From Hemiscyllium ocellatum (Eukaryota), in assembly GCF_020745735.1 (NCBI RefSeq), contig NW_026867487.1:4915239-4979238 (forward strand): a DNA stretch of 64,000 nt. The letters are read 5' to 3'. The translations under genes and the position numbers were made by a program. The stretch's first letter is position 1. Each line of letters starts with the position of its first letter. The notes beneath the pieces are model-generated. The model did no database searches. It saw nothing but the letters and a program-made list of their open reading frames with translations, and had not been told where the DNA came from. Shown one piece after another: positions 11,009-23,294 of this stretch.

Positions 11009-12701
11009 TCTTCCCTGAGCTGAAATCCAATCCCGTCTCCTCCCTTCTTTCCTGCATTTCCAGTGAGCTCTCTCCATCCATCTCCTCCTCTGGATCCAGG
11101 TCCTAGCTCCTGTCTGCACCAAGAATCAACTCAATAAGTCAGATTCAGAGTTTGGGGTCCCATGTGAGAGTTGGTGAAGCCTCCCCATCCACTTCCCAGG
11201 TTTTCCTTCCAGATCAGTGCCTTATTGATTTTTTTTTCCACCCCAAACTGGAACACCTTATGTTCTTTCCCCACCCCTATCCTCTGATGCGAACCATGCT
11301 TCAGTCGGTGCCCCAGGATAAGGTCCATTCTTCTGGGTCCTGTTCCCAGAGGGAGGGAGCGACCAATGACAGATGCTGTGGGTGCGTAGAATGAATTTTC
11401 TCTCTCCCAACTTGTGTGGCACTTACCCCGACTGCAACAACTGGTTAGCATTGCGGGACCCACTCACACAACACATGATCCAGATCACAAAGGCTTCCAG
11501 GTGATTGACAGCAGCAGCTGACCAATAGAAAGGAGGGAGCAGAGCTGAAGGTGCAGGACAATGGTATTATAAACAAGTGAAGTGGGAACACTGGGGGGAT
11601 GAGCAGTTTATGGAGGACAGGGTCAATGGAGCAGCAGGAGGGTCTCTTGGACAAACCTAGCAATGTGGGAGTCTGGCAGGTGAGAAACAAGAGGAAGATT
11701 CCATTTCAAGGCTGGATCAGGGGCAATTGTAAGACATTCTGGCCTGGTGTTCTGTGAATATTTTCTATACAGACTGCTCAGATATTAATTACCTACCTCC
11801 GAAAGTGTGACTTGAACCCAGGTCTCCTGATTGAGAGGTAAACAAATGACCACTGTGCCACAAAAACCCTTCCCTGGTGGGCTCACGAAAGGGAGGGAAG
11901 ATTTTCTCAATCTCACTGACAAAGACGCTCCATGAACTCCTTGCACATGCTGTCGGAGGGGACAATGGAGGAGACAAGGGACAAGCCTTTCAAAGGAACT
12001 CACTTGTAAAGGTCTCGACAAGACAACACACTGGTCATCAGCACAAAGATGGTCTATTCGAATTCCATCCAGAAGATTAACACTTATAATGGCCAACATT
12101 AATCAACATCAGTAATCACAAACCCCAGTGAGCAGAGTGAAGTCCTAGACACTTCTAAGAGCAGAATTTCACTCACTACAGTTGCTGGTGGACTCTCTGG
12201 TGTCTCAGCAGGTGAGATGACTGACTGAATCTCTTCCCACACAAGGAGTAGGTGAATGGTCTCTCCCCAGTGAGAGTGTTCAGGTACCTAAGAAGGTGAT
12301 ATTCAACCATTTCAAACTTTCTTGTACCTTAACTGGTCTGTAATCTCGATGTCTTGTTGATCCTTCTTACTCTTTTGTAAATTTTCTCTGGATCCCATCC
12401 CCTTACCAAGTAGAAGTTGCATGTGCCCTGACAGCACTGGTAACTACGTTTCCAGTATTCCAACCTATATCTCACTCTGGTGGTGTCTTTTCCCAGCTGC
12501 TCATGTGAAGGGTACTGACTGAGGCATTCAGAATGCCTGAGAGATAAGACGAAGACTTGATGCAAATGAGTTGTAACAAAAAGCTGATTGGCCTTATTTT
12601 TATCCCAAATAGATAACTGAACCTGTGAGGTTTACAAATATCATAAGAAACAGGTCCAGAAAACATTTTGGATTTGAATAATAACAGCATCATAATCCAA
12701 T

Positions 12702-13366
12702 TGTCAAGGACCAGACCAGACCAGACCAGACCATCTCAAAATATTTCAAGAACATAGCGTAAACCCTAACTTTGGTAGTTCTTTAATGCAGGTGGAACAC
12801 AGACATTCCAAGAGAGATGAAGTTGGTTAAACTACTTAGTTTTAAACAAAACATAATTTATTTACAAGATTACCGAATGAAACACAAACAAAAGAGAACA
12901 GAATATCGAATAATTTAACCTATCCAAAAACCCAACAGACTACACCAACTTAATGATGGCTGTTCCCTATACTTGCAACAATCTCCATAAACACCCCTGG
13001 GCACAAAAGCTAATATCAAACACAGGGTCTTACAGGAGAGATGTCAGAGAGAGACTACCAGCATGGACCTGACTCTTTGGATCCAGCGGCTTCAAAAACT
13101 GCCTGTCTTCACTGAATAGCCAGACTGCTAAAACAAAAATCAAATCCAGAGAAAAGCTGAGCTGAGGGAAGTAGTCACTCCATTTTCATTGTATAAGTGG
13201 TTTCTTTTTAAAGAAAAATTTTAAAGCCTTTTGCCTGAGGCAATAGCTGTTAGATTAAAGCTAACATAAACCCTTCAAAGTTAGACTTTCCAGTCTTTTA
13301 CAATCTCTCTGGGGGAAAAAAAAGCCAAGGACACCATAACCATGTTGAAGGAGCCGCATCGTCACA
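12702..13366 (-). mobile_element. Solo LTR (665 bp, TG...CA) inserted in a ZNF 3'-end remnant
   Basis: TGTCA... start and ...GTCACA end, flanked by CCAAT (12697-12701) and CCAAC (13367-13371). Minus-strand AATAAA at 12857-12862. Short (GACCA)n run near the left end. Confidence 0.7.
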
Positions 13367-13940
13367 CCAACACCGAGGGAATTCACTGTTGTTTAACTAG
13401 TCGTGATCAACCAGAAACTCACTTTACAAACATTATGCAGGTGGACAGTCTTCATGTCATGTACAGCAACATTGTTAACATTTTCAAAATCTATCCGACA
13501 GATACACAATTGTATCAGCATTTTATATACCATATCAGCACCTTTAACAAAACAGCCCAAGGAATAAGGTTCATTCTATGGTGTGAGTAAAAGTCCTTCA
13601 CCTGTGGTTTCTTTGTGAATTTGCTGGTCTGTTAGCAAATAGCAAGCCCTTTCACATGCGGGAAAAACTGCTCTGTGTGAATCCCTTTCGACATATAGAG
13701 CAAGTGAATGTTCTCTCTCCAGTGTGAACTGGCTGGTCTATCTGCAGACTGGATAACAGAGTGAATTCCATCCCACAAGTGAATCCTTTTACACAAGCCG
13801 AGCATGTGAATGGGATCCACCCACTGCCAAGTCACTGGTGTATTAACAGTCTTGGATAACAGAGTGAATCCCTTTCTGCCTGCAAAACAAATGAACTCGT
13901 CTCTCTGTGGAGCAAACACACTGGTGTGTCAGCAGGTGAG

Positions 13941-15158
13941 TTAACTGAGTGACTGTTTCTCCCCAGTGTGAACTTGCTCATGTCTCCGCAGGTTGGACGA
14001 TTTGGTAAATCCCTTTCCACAACTGGAACAGATGAATGGCTTCTTTCCAGTATGAACTCTCTGGTGTTCCAGTAGTTCCGATGAACAAATGAATCCTTTT
14101 CCACAGAGGAATGGTCTCTCCCCAGTGTGAACTCGCTGGTGTTTCAGCAGGTTGGATGACTGAGTAAATCGTTTCCCACACAGGGAGCAGGTGAATGGTC
14201 TCTCCCCAGTGTGAACTCGCTGGTGTATCTGCAAGGTGGATGACTGAGTGAATCGCTTCCCACACCAGGAGCAGTTGAACGGTTTCTCTTCAGTGTGAAC
14301 TCGCTGGTGTACCAGCAGGTGGGATGACTGAGTAAATCTTTTCCCACACACTGAGCAGCTGAATACTCTCTCCCCCGTGTGAACCTGCTGATGTCTCAGC
14401 ATGTGGGATGACCGAGTGAATCCTTTTCCACACACAGAGCAAGTGAACGATCTCTCTCCAGTGTGAACGAGCTGATGTATCCGCGGACTGGATGATGGAG
14501 CAAATTCCATCCCACAAGTGGAGCAGGTGAATAGTTTCTCTCTAGTATCAACTGTGTGGTTCTCTGGTAGTTTAGTTGAATGAGTGAATCCATTCCCACA
14601 TTCAGAGCAGGTGAATAGTCTCTGTCTACTGTGAGCTCGTTGGTGTATCAGCAGTTTGGACGACAGAGCGAATGCTTTCCCACAATCAGAGCAAGCAAAC
14701 GGTCTCTCTACAGAGTGAACATGTTGATGTTCTAGCAATATGGACGAGCGAGTGAATGCTTTCCCACATTCAGAACAGGTGAATGGTCTCTCTCCAGTGC
14801 AAACGCGTCTGTGTTTCCGCAGGCTGGACGAAGAAGCGAATCCCTTTCCACAATTGGAACAAGTGAATGGTTTCTCCCCAGTGTGACTGCGTTGGTGTAT
14901 CCGCAGGCTAGATGACTGACTGAAACCCATCCCACAGTGGGAGCAAGTGAATGGTCTCTCCCCAGTGTGAACTCGCTGGTGGATCCGCAGGCTGGATGAC
15001 TGAGTGAATCCCACCCCACAATCGGAGCAGGTGAATGGCTTCTCCCCAGTGTGACTGCGTTGGTGCATTTCCAGCTGGGATGGGTAAAGAAATCCCTTCC
15101 CACAATCCCCACATTTCCACAGTCTCTCCCCAGTGTGACTGCGCTGGCGTTTGGACAT
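13941..15158 (-). CDS. C2H2 zinc-finger protein B (paralogue of A), 14 finger positions: 11 canonical, 1 C2HC, 2 broken
   Basis: First true ATG at 15158 (MSKRQR, as in A). Finger 7 lacks its His pair and finger 13 lacks its first Cys. Possibly decaying. Confidence 0.75.
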   Translation of the reverse strand: MSKRQRSHTGERLWKCGDCGKGFLYPSQLEMHQRSHTGEKPFTCSDCGVGFTQSSSLRIHQRVHTGERPFTCSHCGMGFSQSSSLRIHQRSHTGEKPFTCSNCGKGFASSSSLRKHRRVCTGERPFTCSECGKAFTRSSILLEHQHVHSVERPFACSDCGKAFALSSKLLIHQRAHSRQRLFTCSECGNGFTHSTKLPENHTVDTREKLFTCSTCGMEFAPSSSPRIHQLVHTGERSFTCSVCGKGFTRSSHMLRHQQVHTGERVFSCSVCGKRFTQSSHLLVHQRVHTEEKPFNCSWCGKRFTQSSTLQIHQRVHTGERPFTCSLCGKRFTQSSNLLKHQRVHTGERPFLCGKGFICSSELLEHQRVHTGKKPFICSSCGKGFTKSSNLRRHEQVHTGEKQSLS

Positions 15159-15624
15159 TACCGACGAACCTTCATTCACTCCTCCGCGTGTTTCTCCTCA
15201 ATGTGAATGGTACTTTTTCTTTTACTGTTCAAAATCCTGAAATAATTAGATTATGACAAACAGGGTGACCGTCAGACCTGGATGTGGTTTCAGTTGAAAT
15301 CTCTGATTGCAAATCAAAAGTTTCAAACACAAAACAATTGCATTGGGAGAAATCAGAAAAACACACAGGCTGTGACACTGGGAGCAATTAATCTGGTCTG
15401 TTCTGGAGATGACACTGAGGGAAACTGTTGGATTATCATTATAACCAAACTAGCTGATAACTCTCCTTCAGGGAAGGGAGCCAGCCAGTGTTTGCACAAA
15501 ACTACACAAAGAGATAGAGGTGGGAGAGACAGGTATGACACAGAGGCATTATAATGATCTACAACTGAATCCTATTTTCTTTGCATACTTTTCAATTCCT
15601 CTGAAGGTCTAAGAACAAGTCCAT

Positions 15625-16395
15625 TGTGCTGAAGAAGGCATTTGGCATGCTTGCCTATATTGGTCAGTGCATTAAATGTAGGAGTTGGGAGGTTATGTTG
15701 CAGCTGTGTAGATGATTGGTTAGAAAAGTTTTAGCAATCGTGGTCTCCCTGCTACAGGAAAGAAGTTGTTAAACTTGAAAGGCTTCAGGATAAAAAAAAG
15801 GTCACATGTTTATTGATGTCAATGGAGAGTTTGAACTATCAGGAGAGACTGAACAGGCTCGGGCAACAAAATCAGAAGTTGGTGGAGCAGCTCAGCCAGC
15901 ACCTATGAAGAGAAATCAGGGTTAACATTTCAGAGCCACTGACCCTTCCTCAGAACTGAATAGGTTGGGGCTTTGTTCCCTGGAGCCCCAGAAGCTAAGG
16001 GATGATCTTATTGAAGATTATAAAATCATGAGGGACATGGACAGGGTGAATAGCTATGGTCTTTTTCCCGGTGGGGGGGGGGGGGGGGAAGGGGGAGAAG
16101 AATCACATGGGTGAAAAGAGCACATGGGTTTAAGGTGAGGGGGGAAAGATTCAAACAAAAGGACCTCAGGGCAAATCATTTCACACAGAAGGTGGTGTGT
16201 ATATGAAAGAGGCTGTCAGAGGAGGTGGTGCAGACAGACACAATTACGCACAAAAGGCACCTGGCTGGGTACATGAACAGTAAGCTTTTATAGAGAAATG
16301 GGGCAAGTGGGACAAGATCAGTTTGAGATACCTGGTTGGCATGGACGAGTTGGACCGAAATGTCCATTCCCCTGCTGTACAGCTCGACGACTGTC
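15625..16395 (+). mobile_element. CR1-type LINE 3' portion with an embedded family-4 PLE end (~15865-15957)
   Basis: KKAFGMLAYIGQCI..RSWEVMLQL-type sequence and a CR1 3' tail. GACCCTTCCTCAG (reverse hammerhead core) at ~15941. Confidence 0.7.
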
Positions 16396-16789
16396 TATTA
16401 TGTTTGACCCCAATTTGTTCAGTGTTTCTCAGTGACTCTCTCCTTTAGTAAACATGTAGGAATGGCCGGGGCAGTAAAAATGCACATGATACAGTGGCTT
16501 TCATAATGAGAGAACTCGAGTAGAAGAGCTGGGATCTTTTTCTGTAAGAGCTTTGGTGAGACCACACCGGGGTCTCGCATCCACCTTTGTTCTCCTTTCC
16601 CAAGGAAGGATGCCCTGGCTATTGAGCGAGTACAAAGGGGGTTAACCAGACTGATTCCTGGGATATTAGGACTGATGTATGCAGAGATACTGATACTTTT
16701 CAAAGCCTCCTTTCTTTTGTCGGAGCCGCTGACTGCATCACTGATATTCTACCTCCCAATCCCTGATCCGAATCTGACCCATTTGAGCC

Positions 16790-17590
16790 TGCACGTTGGA
16801 TCCCATTCCCCTGCCACACTAGTTTAAAACCTCACCAAATGAAACTAAATTCTTCTCTGGTATACCATTTCTCCAGCCACACATTCATCTGATCTATCCT
16901 CTTATTCCTGCTCCAGTCAGCACGCGGCACTGGGAATAATTCTGATATCATTACATTTCGAAGTCCTGAATTACTATGTATCTCCTATCTTCCTATATTC
17001 AGCTTTGAGGCCCTCATCCCTTTATTCACCTACATCGTTGCTTCCATGACCACTGGCTGTTCAACCTCCAGCTCCAGAATGTCCTGGAGCTGCTCCACAT
17101 CCCTGATTTTGGAAGCAGGGAGGCAAAGTACCATCCTAGATTTATGTCTGAGGCATCAGAATGGCCTGCCTGTATCACTTACTATTGAAGCCCCTGTCAT
17201 TATAGCCCTGACATTATCGCCCTGAGGCCACGGCCGATCAGCCCCTTCTGTATGTAAGGTCGTATATCAGTTGAGAGGGCGATGAGTAATAGAGACTCCT
17301 GCACTTTTTTCCTGAGTTGTTGCTTTGTCTAATGATCACCTATTTGCTTTCTGCCTGTATAATCTGCCTGCAATTTGATTGACTCATTAAAGGTATGCTG
17401 TCCATGCGATTCTCAGTATCGCGAATGCTCCATGGTAAGCCCACCCACAGATCCAGCTCTGAAAAGTGGTTGGCCAGTAGCTGCAGATGGACCCACTTAC
17501 TGCATACATAGCCATCAGGGATACTGGAAATGACCCTCACTTCCCACATTGTGCAAGAGGAGCACAGTAGGGCTCGGAGGTCTCTTCTCT
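16790..17590 (-). mobile_element. Old CR1-type LINE 5'/ORF1 remnant
   Basis: CSSCTMWEV...YVCSKWVHLQLL Cys motif resembling the N-terminal region of CR1 ORF1. Confidence 0.5.
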
Positions 17591-17902
17591 GACTTTTCTG
17601 TAATTTACGCCAGTTCCTCTCTGAGAGAATTAAATTGAGCAAAGGATCTTCCCCTTGTTTCAAACACTTCTATTATAATTGAAAGTCTCTACCTTTTCAA
17701 ACGTTGATATATTATGCTTCAAATCAGAAAGAAAATACTCTGCAGGTATCACTCACCAATCACTTGTTTCCAATAAGAACATGCCACCTTCTGAACTCCC
17801 CAAACTGCAACTTCACCCTCTTCCTTTTCATCTCATTCTGTTTCCACCCAACTCCAAAGCACCACTTTTAGGATCAACAGAGTTGTCAAGTTCTGGAACG
17901 TT

Positions 17903-18038
17903 CTGATTCCTGATGAAGGGCTGCTGCCTGAAACATCGATTTTCCTGCTCCTCGGATGCTGCCCGACCTGCTATGCTTTTCCAGCACCACTCTAATCTTG
18001 ACTCTGATCTCCAGCATCCGCAGTCCTCACTTTTGCCT
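17903..18038 (+). mobile_element. 136-bp PLE family-1 hammerhead unit, 15-bp TSD
   Basis: AAGTTCTGGAACGTT at 17888-17902 and 18039-18053. Starts CTGATTCCTGATGAAGGG. Confidence 0.85.
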
Positions 18039-18549
18039 AAGTTCTGGAACGTTTCAACTGAGAAGATACTGGAGTTTGAGTCCATGAGAAATTTTAAAAC
18101 AGGTATTTGAGAATGAGGGAATTGTGGGTTAAAATCCTGAAACAGGTGATTGGGATGAAATATGACAGTTCTTTCAAAGAGATGGGGAGTTATGTGGATA
18201 AATCTCAGGGCAATATCTCCTTCCCCACCTACAGCGCCCAGAATTGAGCTTATACTCCAAGGGTGATCTGACAACCAATTTGAATATCTTGCTGGTTTTG
18301 AACTGCAAAGGTGAAGGATAATTTTCTTTTCCCCCCCACAGACAAAACACTACATACGTTTTTACCTTTCACAGTTAAATGACAATGATATTCACATCCT
18401 GGTGACTTGTCAGAACTTGTTTTAAGATCCCGCTCAGCAAATTAATATCCTGCAAAATGAGTTCCTGCAAAAGAAAGACCCAGCAAAGAGATCTCGAAAA
18501 ATCAAACATTTCCCTGGGTTTCCCCAAGTTTGCAGTGTAAATGCTCCTG

Positions 18550-19030
18550 TTCAAATCGCCCCGCCCCCACCCAGGGAGAGGCAGGCGCATGCGCGCTGTG
18601 GCACCTTACCCCAGTAAAGATGGCGGCGGTCAACACGGGGTCTGTTACCGTCAGGGGCCCGCAGCTGTTTCTTCCGTTTAACTGCAAATGCTTCTAAACC
18701 GGATCCAGAGGCTCACGCCATCCCAATCCAGACTCACTCCACTTTTCGCCCGGTCTCCGCAGTATCTCATTGGCGAACTCGACCATCCAACACACTCAAA
18801 CGCCAGGGGCGCACCGTTTGGTCACGGGCCGCGCCGCTTTCCTGCCCCTCGTTGACGCTGATTGGCTGGAGGACTCGATGCAACGGCTTGGTCCTCCAAC
18901 CCGCCCCTTTTTTTCTATTGGCCAGAAACCACCGTCAATCAGGTTGGGCCCCGTTGTGACGTTGAATGTCGCGTTCCTTCCTGCTGCCCCTAGGTGAGTA
19001 CACACCGTTCATTGTGAATGGCGCGGTATC
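18550..19030. promoter_or_regulatory. CpG-island promoter, probable 5' end of gene B, possibly bidirectional
   Basis: GCGCATGCGC (NRF1-type) at ~18586, AAGATGGCGGC (YY1-type) at ~18617 and three ATTGG boxes. Minus donor GA|GTGAGT at 18737; plus donor AG|GTGAGT at 18994. Confidence 0.7.
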
Positions 19031-19695
19031 TCAGAGCAGGGGGAGTGGCCATTCAGCCCTTTGGGGCTGTACTGTCTCATTTGAGAGTCGCCGAAAATCT
19101 ATCCCAACTCCCCTACTCTTTGCCGTAGGCCTGCAAATCTTTCCTTAGGAAGTGAAATTTCAAATCTCTTTTGCGTGTAACTGCTAAATCTGCGTCCAGC
19201 TGACGTTCACATTCTCCCAGATTCCTATAATCCTCTCATTTTCACCTTGAATTGTTTGAAAGCAGTGGTCTGTGCTTACCAAACATGGTGACAACATTGA
19301 TAATTTCTCTTTGCAAATGAAATATACTCTCAACAAATCTACGCCTTTTCTAATTCACTTCTTAACCATCTCGGTTCCAAAGAGAATTATCTGAGTTTCT
19401 GCTACCTCTCCACAAAACAGAAACCCATCTTAATTTTAATTAAAACATGGCATAGCTTTTTGCTGTCCAGCCCATTTATTGTCCATCTTTATTTAACTTG
19501 GACAAAGGTGGTAAACTGCCTTCATGACTAGTACCATGCATGTGCTGTAAAAACACCATAGTGCTGTTTGAATGATAATCTCCTGGAGTCTCACAATGCT
19601 CCCTATCTCTACAATCTCCTCCAGCCTCACAGTCGTCCATATCTCTGTCGTCCTCTTCAGCCTCCCATCTTCCCTAAGTCAGTCAGTCATCTCTA

Positions 19696-19890
19696 GTGTG
19701 GAGTGTGGTGCTAGAAAAGCACAACAGGTCATGCAGCATCTGTGGAGCGGGAGAATCGATGTTTTCGGTGTAAGCCCTTCATCAGGAAGGGCTTATGCCT
19801 GAAACGTCAATTCTCCTGCTCTTCAGATGCTGCTGTGCTTTTCCAGCTCTCGACTCTGATCTCCAGCATCTGCGGTCCTCACTTTTTCCT
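19696..19890. mobile_element. Diverged palindromic PLE family-1 mini-element
   Basis: Inverted arms meeting at GCCCTTCATCAGGAAGGGC (~19773-19791). Confidence 0.75.
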
Positions 19891-19914
19891 AATAATCTCC
19901 TCCAGCCTCAGAAC

Positions 19915-20990
19915 TAGATATGGACAGTAAATTTGTAAATGACACCAATATTGATGGTTTAGTGCGCAGTGATGACATTTATCTCAGAGTACAACAGGAC
20001 CTTAATCCTATAGACCAATGGGCTGAGGAGTGGCAAGTAGAACTGAACTTAGATAAATGTGAGATGTTGCACTTTGTTGAGGCAATCAAGGGCATGACTT
20101 ATATACTGAAAGGTAAAGCCTGAGGGAGTGTTTTTGAACAAAGGGACCTGGGGTGCAGGTGCATAGTTCATTGAAAGTGGAGTCACAGATAGGATGGTGA
20201 AGAAGGGGTTTGGCACGATGCCCCCATTGGCCAGTGCACTGAGTGGAGGAGCTAGGAGGTCATACTGTGGTGGCACATAACGTTGGTTAGGCCACTTTTA
20301 GAATACTGCGTTGAATTCTGGTCCCTGTTGTTGGAAAGATGTTGTTAAACTTGAAAGGTTTCATAAAAGATTTACAAGGATGTTGCCAGGATTGGAGGAT
20401 TTGAGCTCAAGGGAAACACTGAATAGGCTGGGGTTGTGTTCTCTGGAGCACTGGAGGTTGAGCGGTGACCTTTTCGAGGTTTATAAAATCATGAGGGACA
20501 TGGATAGGTTGAATAGCTAAGGCCTTTTCCCTCCCAGGGGAGGGGATCCAAAACTTGACAGCATAGGTGCAAGATGAGAGGGAAAGATTTAAAAGGGACT
20601 TCAGGGCAACTTTTCACACAGAAGATGGTGCATGTAGGGAACAAGCTGACAGAGAACATGGTGTAGGCTGGTGCAATTCAACACTTTAAAGGCATTTGAA
20701 TGAGTCTCTGAACAGGAAAGGTTCAGAGAGATATGGGTCAAATGCTGGCAAATGGGATTAGATCAAATTGGGACACGTGGTCAGTGCAGATGAATTGGAC
20801 TGAAGCAAAAACAGAAATTGCTGGAAAAGCTCAGCAGGTCTGGTATTATCTGTGGAGAGAAATCAGAGTACACGTTTCAGGTTGAGTGACCCTTCTTCAG
20901 GACTTGGAATGAAGGCTCTGTTTTGGTGTTGTATAACTCTATGGCTCTGTGACTTTCACTATCACCATAAATTCCTTCAGCAACTACAGC
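19915..20990 (+). mobile_element. CR1-type LINE 3' portion with an embedded family-4 PLE end (~20806-20901)
   Basis: SKFVNDTNIDG...WAEEWQVELNLDKCEMLHF and KLERFHKRFTRMLPGLE. Confidence 0.85.
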
Positions 20991-20999
20991 CATCCTTTA

Positions 21000-21260
21000 G
21001 CTTTATAATCTCCTCCTTTTAAAAAAAACTCCCTATCTCTATAACATCTTCCAACCCCAACAATACTCCCTTTCTCTGTAATGTAATCCAATGTCACAAT
21101 CCTCCCTATCTCTGTAACTTCCTACAGCTCCGACAACTCTCCCTATCAGTATAATCTCCTCCGGCCTCACAATCATCCTTGTCTCTGCAATCTCCTCCAG
21201 CCTCACCACCCTCCCTATCTCTGTAATCTCCTTCAGCCCCAGCGCCCTCACTATCTCTTA
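21000..21260 (+). repeat. ~36-bp degenerate tandem array (CTCCCTATCTCTGTAATCTCCTCCAGCCTCACAAC-like), about 6-7 units
   Basis: Repeated CTCCCTATCTCT starts. Further units at ~19575-19650 and ~19892-19910 suggest one array split by later insertions. Confidence 0.75.
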
Positions 21261-21276
21261 TCCTGTTTAAGGCAAG

Positions 21277-21436
21277 TTAGGCAGCATCTCAGGAATAGAG
21301 AATTCGACGTTTCGAGCATAAGCCCTTCATCAGGAATAAGAGAGAGAGAGCCAAGCAGGCTGAGATAAAAGGTAGGGAGGAGGGACTAGGGGGAGGGGCG
21401 ATGGAGGTGGGAACGTGGCTGAAGAGCTTCTGTGCA
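21277..21436 (-). mobile_element. PLE family-1 fragment with hammerhead motif
   Basis: GACGTTTCGAGCATAAGCCCTTCATCAG at ~21306-21333. Confidence 0.75.
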
Positions 21437-21857
21437 TTTGAATTGCCAAGCCCCAAGTTGTCTCTCCTTCTTTAAAATACATAAAATCAACTTTTTTGAT
21501 CAAGACTTTGGTCAACTATGAAAAATCTTGGGAGGTTTTACTGTTCTACAAGAAATGAATGTCATTGTTGTTAAGGGTAAAAAATGAGGTCTGCAGATGC
21601 TGGAGATCACAGTTGAAAATGTGTTGCTGGTTAAAGCACAGCAGGTCAGGCAGCATCCAAGGAATAGGAAATTCGACGTTTCGGGCATAAGCCCTTCATC
21701 AGGAATGAGGAGAGGGTGGCAGGCAGGTTAAGATAAAAGGTAGGGAGGAGGGACTTGGGGGAGGGGTGATGGAGATGTGTTAGGTGGAAGGAGGTCAAGG
21801 TGAGGGTGATAGGCCGGAGTGGGGTGGGGGCGGAGAGGTCAGGAAGAAGATTGCAGG

Positions 21858-23270
21858 TTAGGAGGGAACCGACTGAGACAAGGTGGGGGGAAGGGAAATG
21901 AGGAAACTGGAGAAATCCGAGTTCATCCCTTTTGGTTGGAGGGTTCCTAGGCGGAAGATGAGGCGTTCTTCCTCCAACCGTCGTGTTGTTATGTTTTGCC
22001 AGTGGAGGAGTCCAAGGACCTGCATGTCCTCGGTGGAGTGGGAGGGAGAGTTAAAGTGTTGAGCCACGGGGTGGTTGGGTTGGTTGGTCCGGGCGTCCCT
22101 GAGGTGTTCTCTGAAGCGTTCCGCAAGTAAGCGGCCCGTCTCCCCAATGTAGAGGAGGCCACATCGGGTGCAGCGGATGCAATAGATGATGTGTGTGGAG
22201 GTACAGGTGAACTTGTGGCAGATATGGAAGGATCCCTTGGGGCCTTGGAGGGATGTGAGGGAGGAGGTGTGGGCGCAAATTTTACATTTCCTGCGGTTGC
22301 AGGGGAAGGTGCCGGGAGTGGAGGTTGGGTTGGTGGGGGGTGTGGACCTGACGAGGGAGTCACGAAGGGAGTGGTCTTTGCGGAACGCTGATAGGGGAGG
22401 GGAGGGAAATATATCCCTGGTGGTGGGGTCCGTTTGGAGGTGGTGGAAATGACGGCGGATGATACGCTGTATACGGAGGTTAGTGGGGTGGTAGGTGAGA
22501 ACCAGTGGGGTTCTGTCTTGGTGGCGGTTGGAGGGGCGGGGCTCAAAGGCGGAGGAGCGGGAAATGGAGGAGATGCGGTGGAGGGCATCGTCGATCACGT
22601 CTGGGGGGAATCTGCAGTCCTTGAAGAAGGAGGCCATCTGGGCTGTGTGGTGTTGGAACTGGCCCTCCTGGGAGCAGATGCGGCGGAGACGAAGGAATTG
22701 GGAATATGGGATGGAGTTCTTACAGGGGACAGGGTGGGAGGAGGTGTAGTCCAGATAGCTGTGGGAGTCAGTCGGTTTATAGTAGATGTCTGTGTTGAGT
22801 CGGTCGCCTGAGATAGAAATGGAAAGGTCTAGGAAGGGGAGGGAGGAGTCTGAGACAGTCCAGGTGAATTTCAGGTCGGGATGGAAGGTGTTAGTAAAGT
22901 TGATGAACTGTTCAACCTCCTCTTGGGAGCACGAGGCAGCGCTGATACAGTCATCGATGTAGCGGAGGAAAAGGTGGGGGGTGGTGCCAGTGTAGTTGCG
23001 GAAGATGGACTGTTCCACATATCCTACGAAGAGACAGGCATAGCTGGGGCCCATGCGGGTGCCCATGGCAACTCCTTTAGTTTGGAGGAAGTGGGAGGAT
23101 TGAAAAGAGAAGTTATTCAGGGTGAGGACCAGTTCACTCAGTCGAAGGAGGGTGTTAGTGGAAGGGTACTGGTTGGTGCGGCGGGAAAGGAAGAAGCGGA
23201 GGGCTTTGAGTCCTTCGTGATGGGGGATGGAGGTGTACAGGGACTGGATGTCCATCGTGAAAATAAGGCG
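21858..23270 (-). pseudogene. 5'-truncated PLE ORF: RT core + Cys-rich linker + GIY-YIG endonuclease (uninterrupted frame)
   Basis: MDIQSLYTSIP, KGVAMGTRMGPSYA, RYIDD, CNRRKCKIC and IIYCIRCTRCGLLYIGETGRLLAERFREH. The N-terminus is missing. Confidence 0.9.
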
Positions 23271-23294
23271 GACAGGGACTGGGACAGGGACAGG

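Larger units (their letters stand above)
9720..12300 (-). pseudogene. Scattered ZNF remnants (9720-9800, 10680-10950, 12100-12300)
   Basis: Minus-strand EKPWKCG-like, SDCGKKFN and [25 protein letters not shown] fragments. Confidence 0.6.

Noticed and set aside
11426-11519. Cryptic minus-strand exon with an acceptor and a GTAAGT donor
   Set aside because: Splice-like signals only; no coding similarity or expression evidence.
21000-21260. CRISPR-like array
   Set aside because: Vertebrate context, contiguous degenerate units without unique spacers, and no cas genes.
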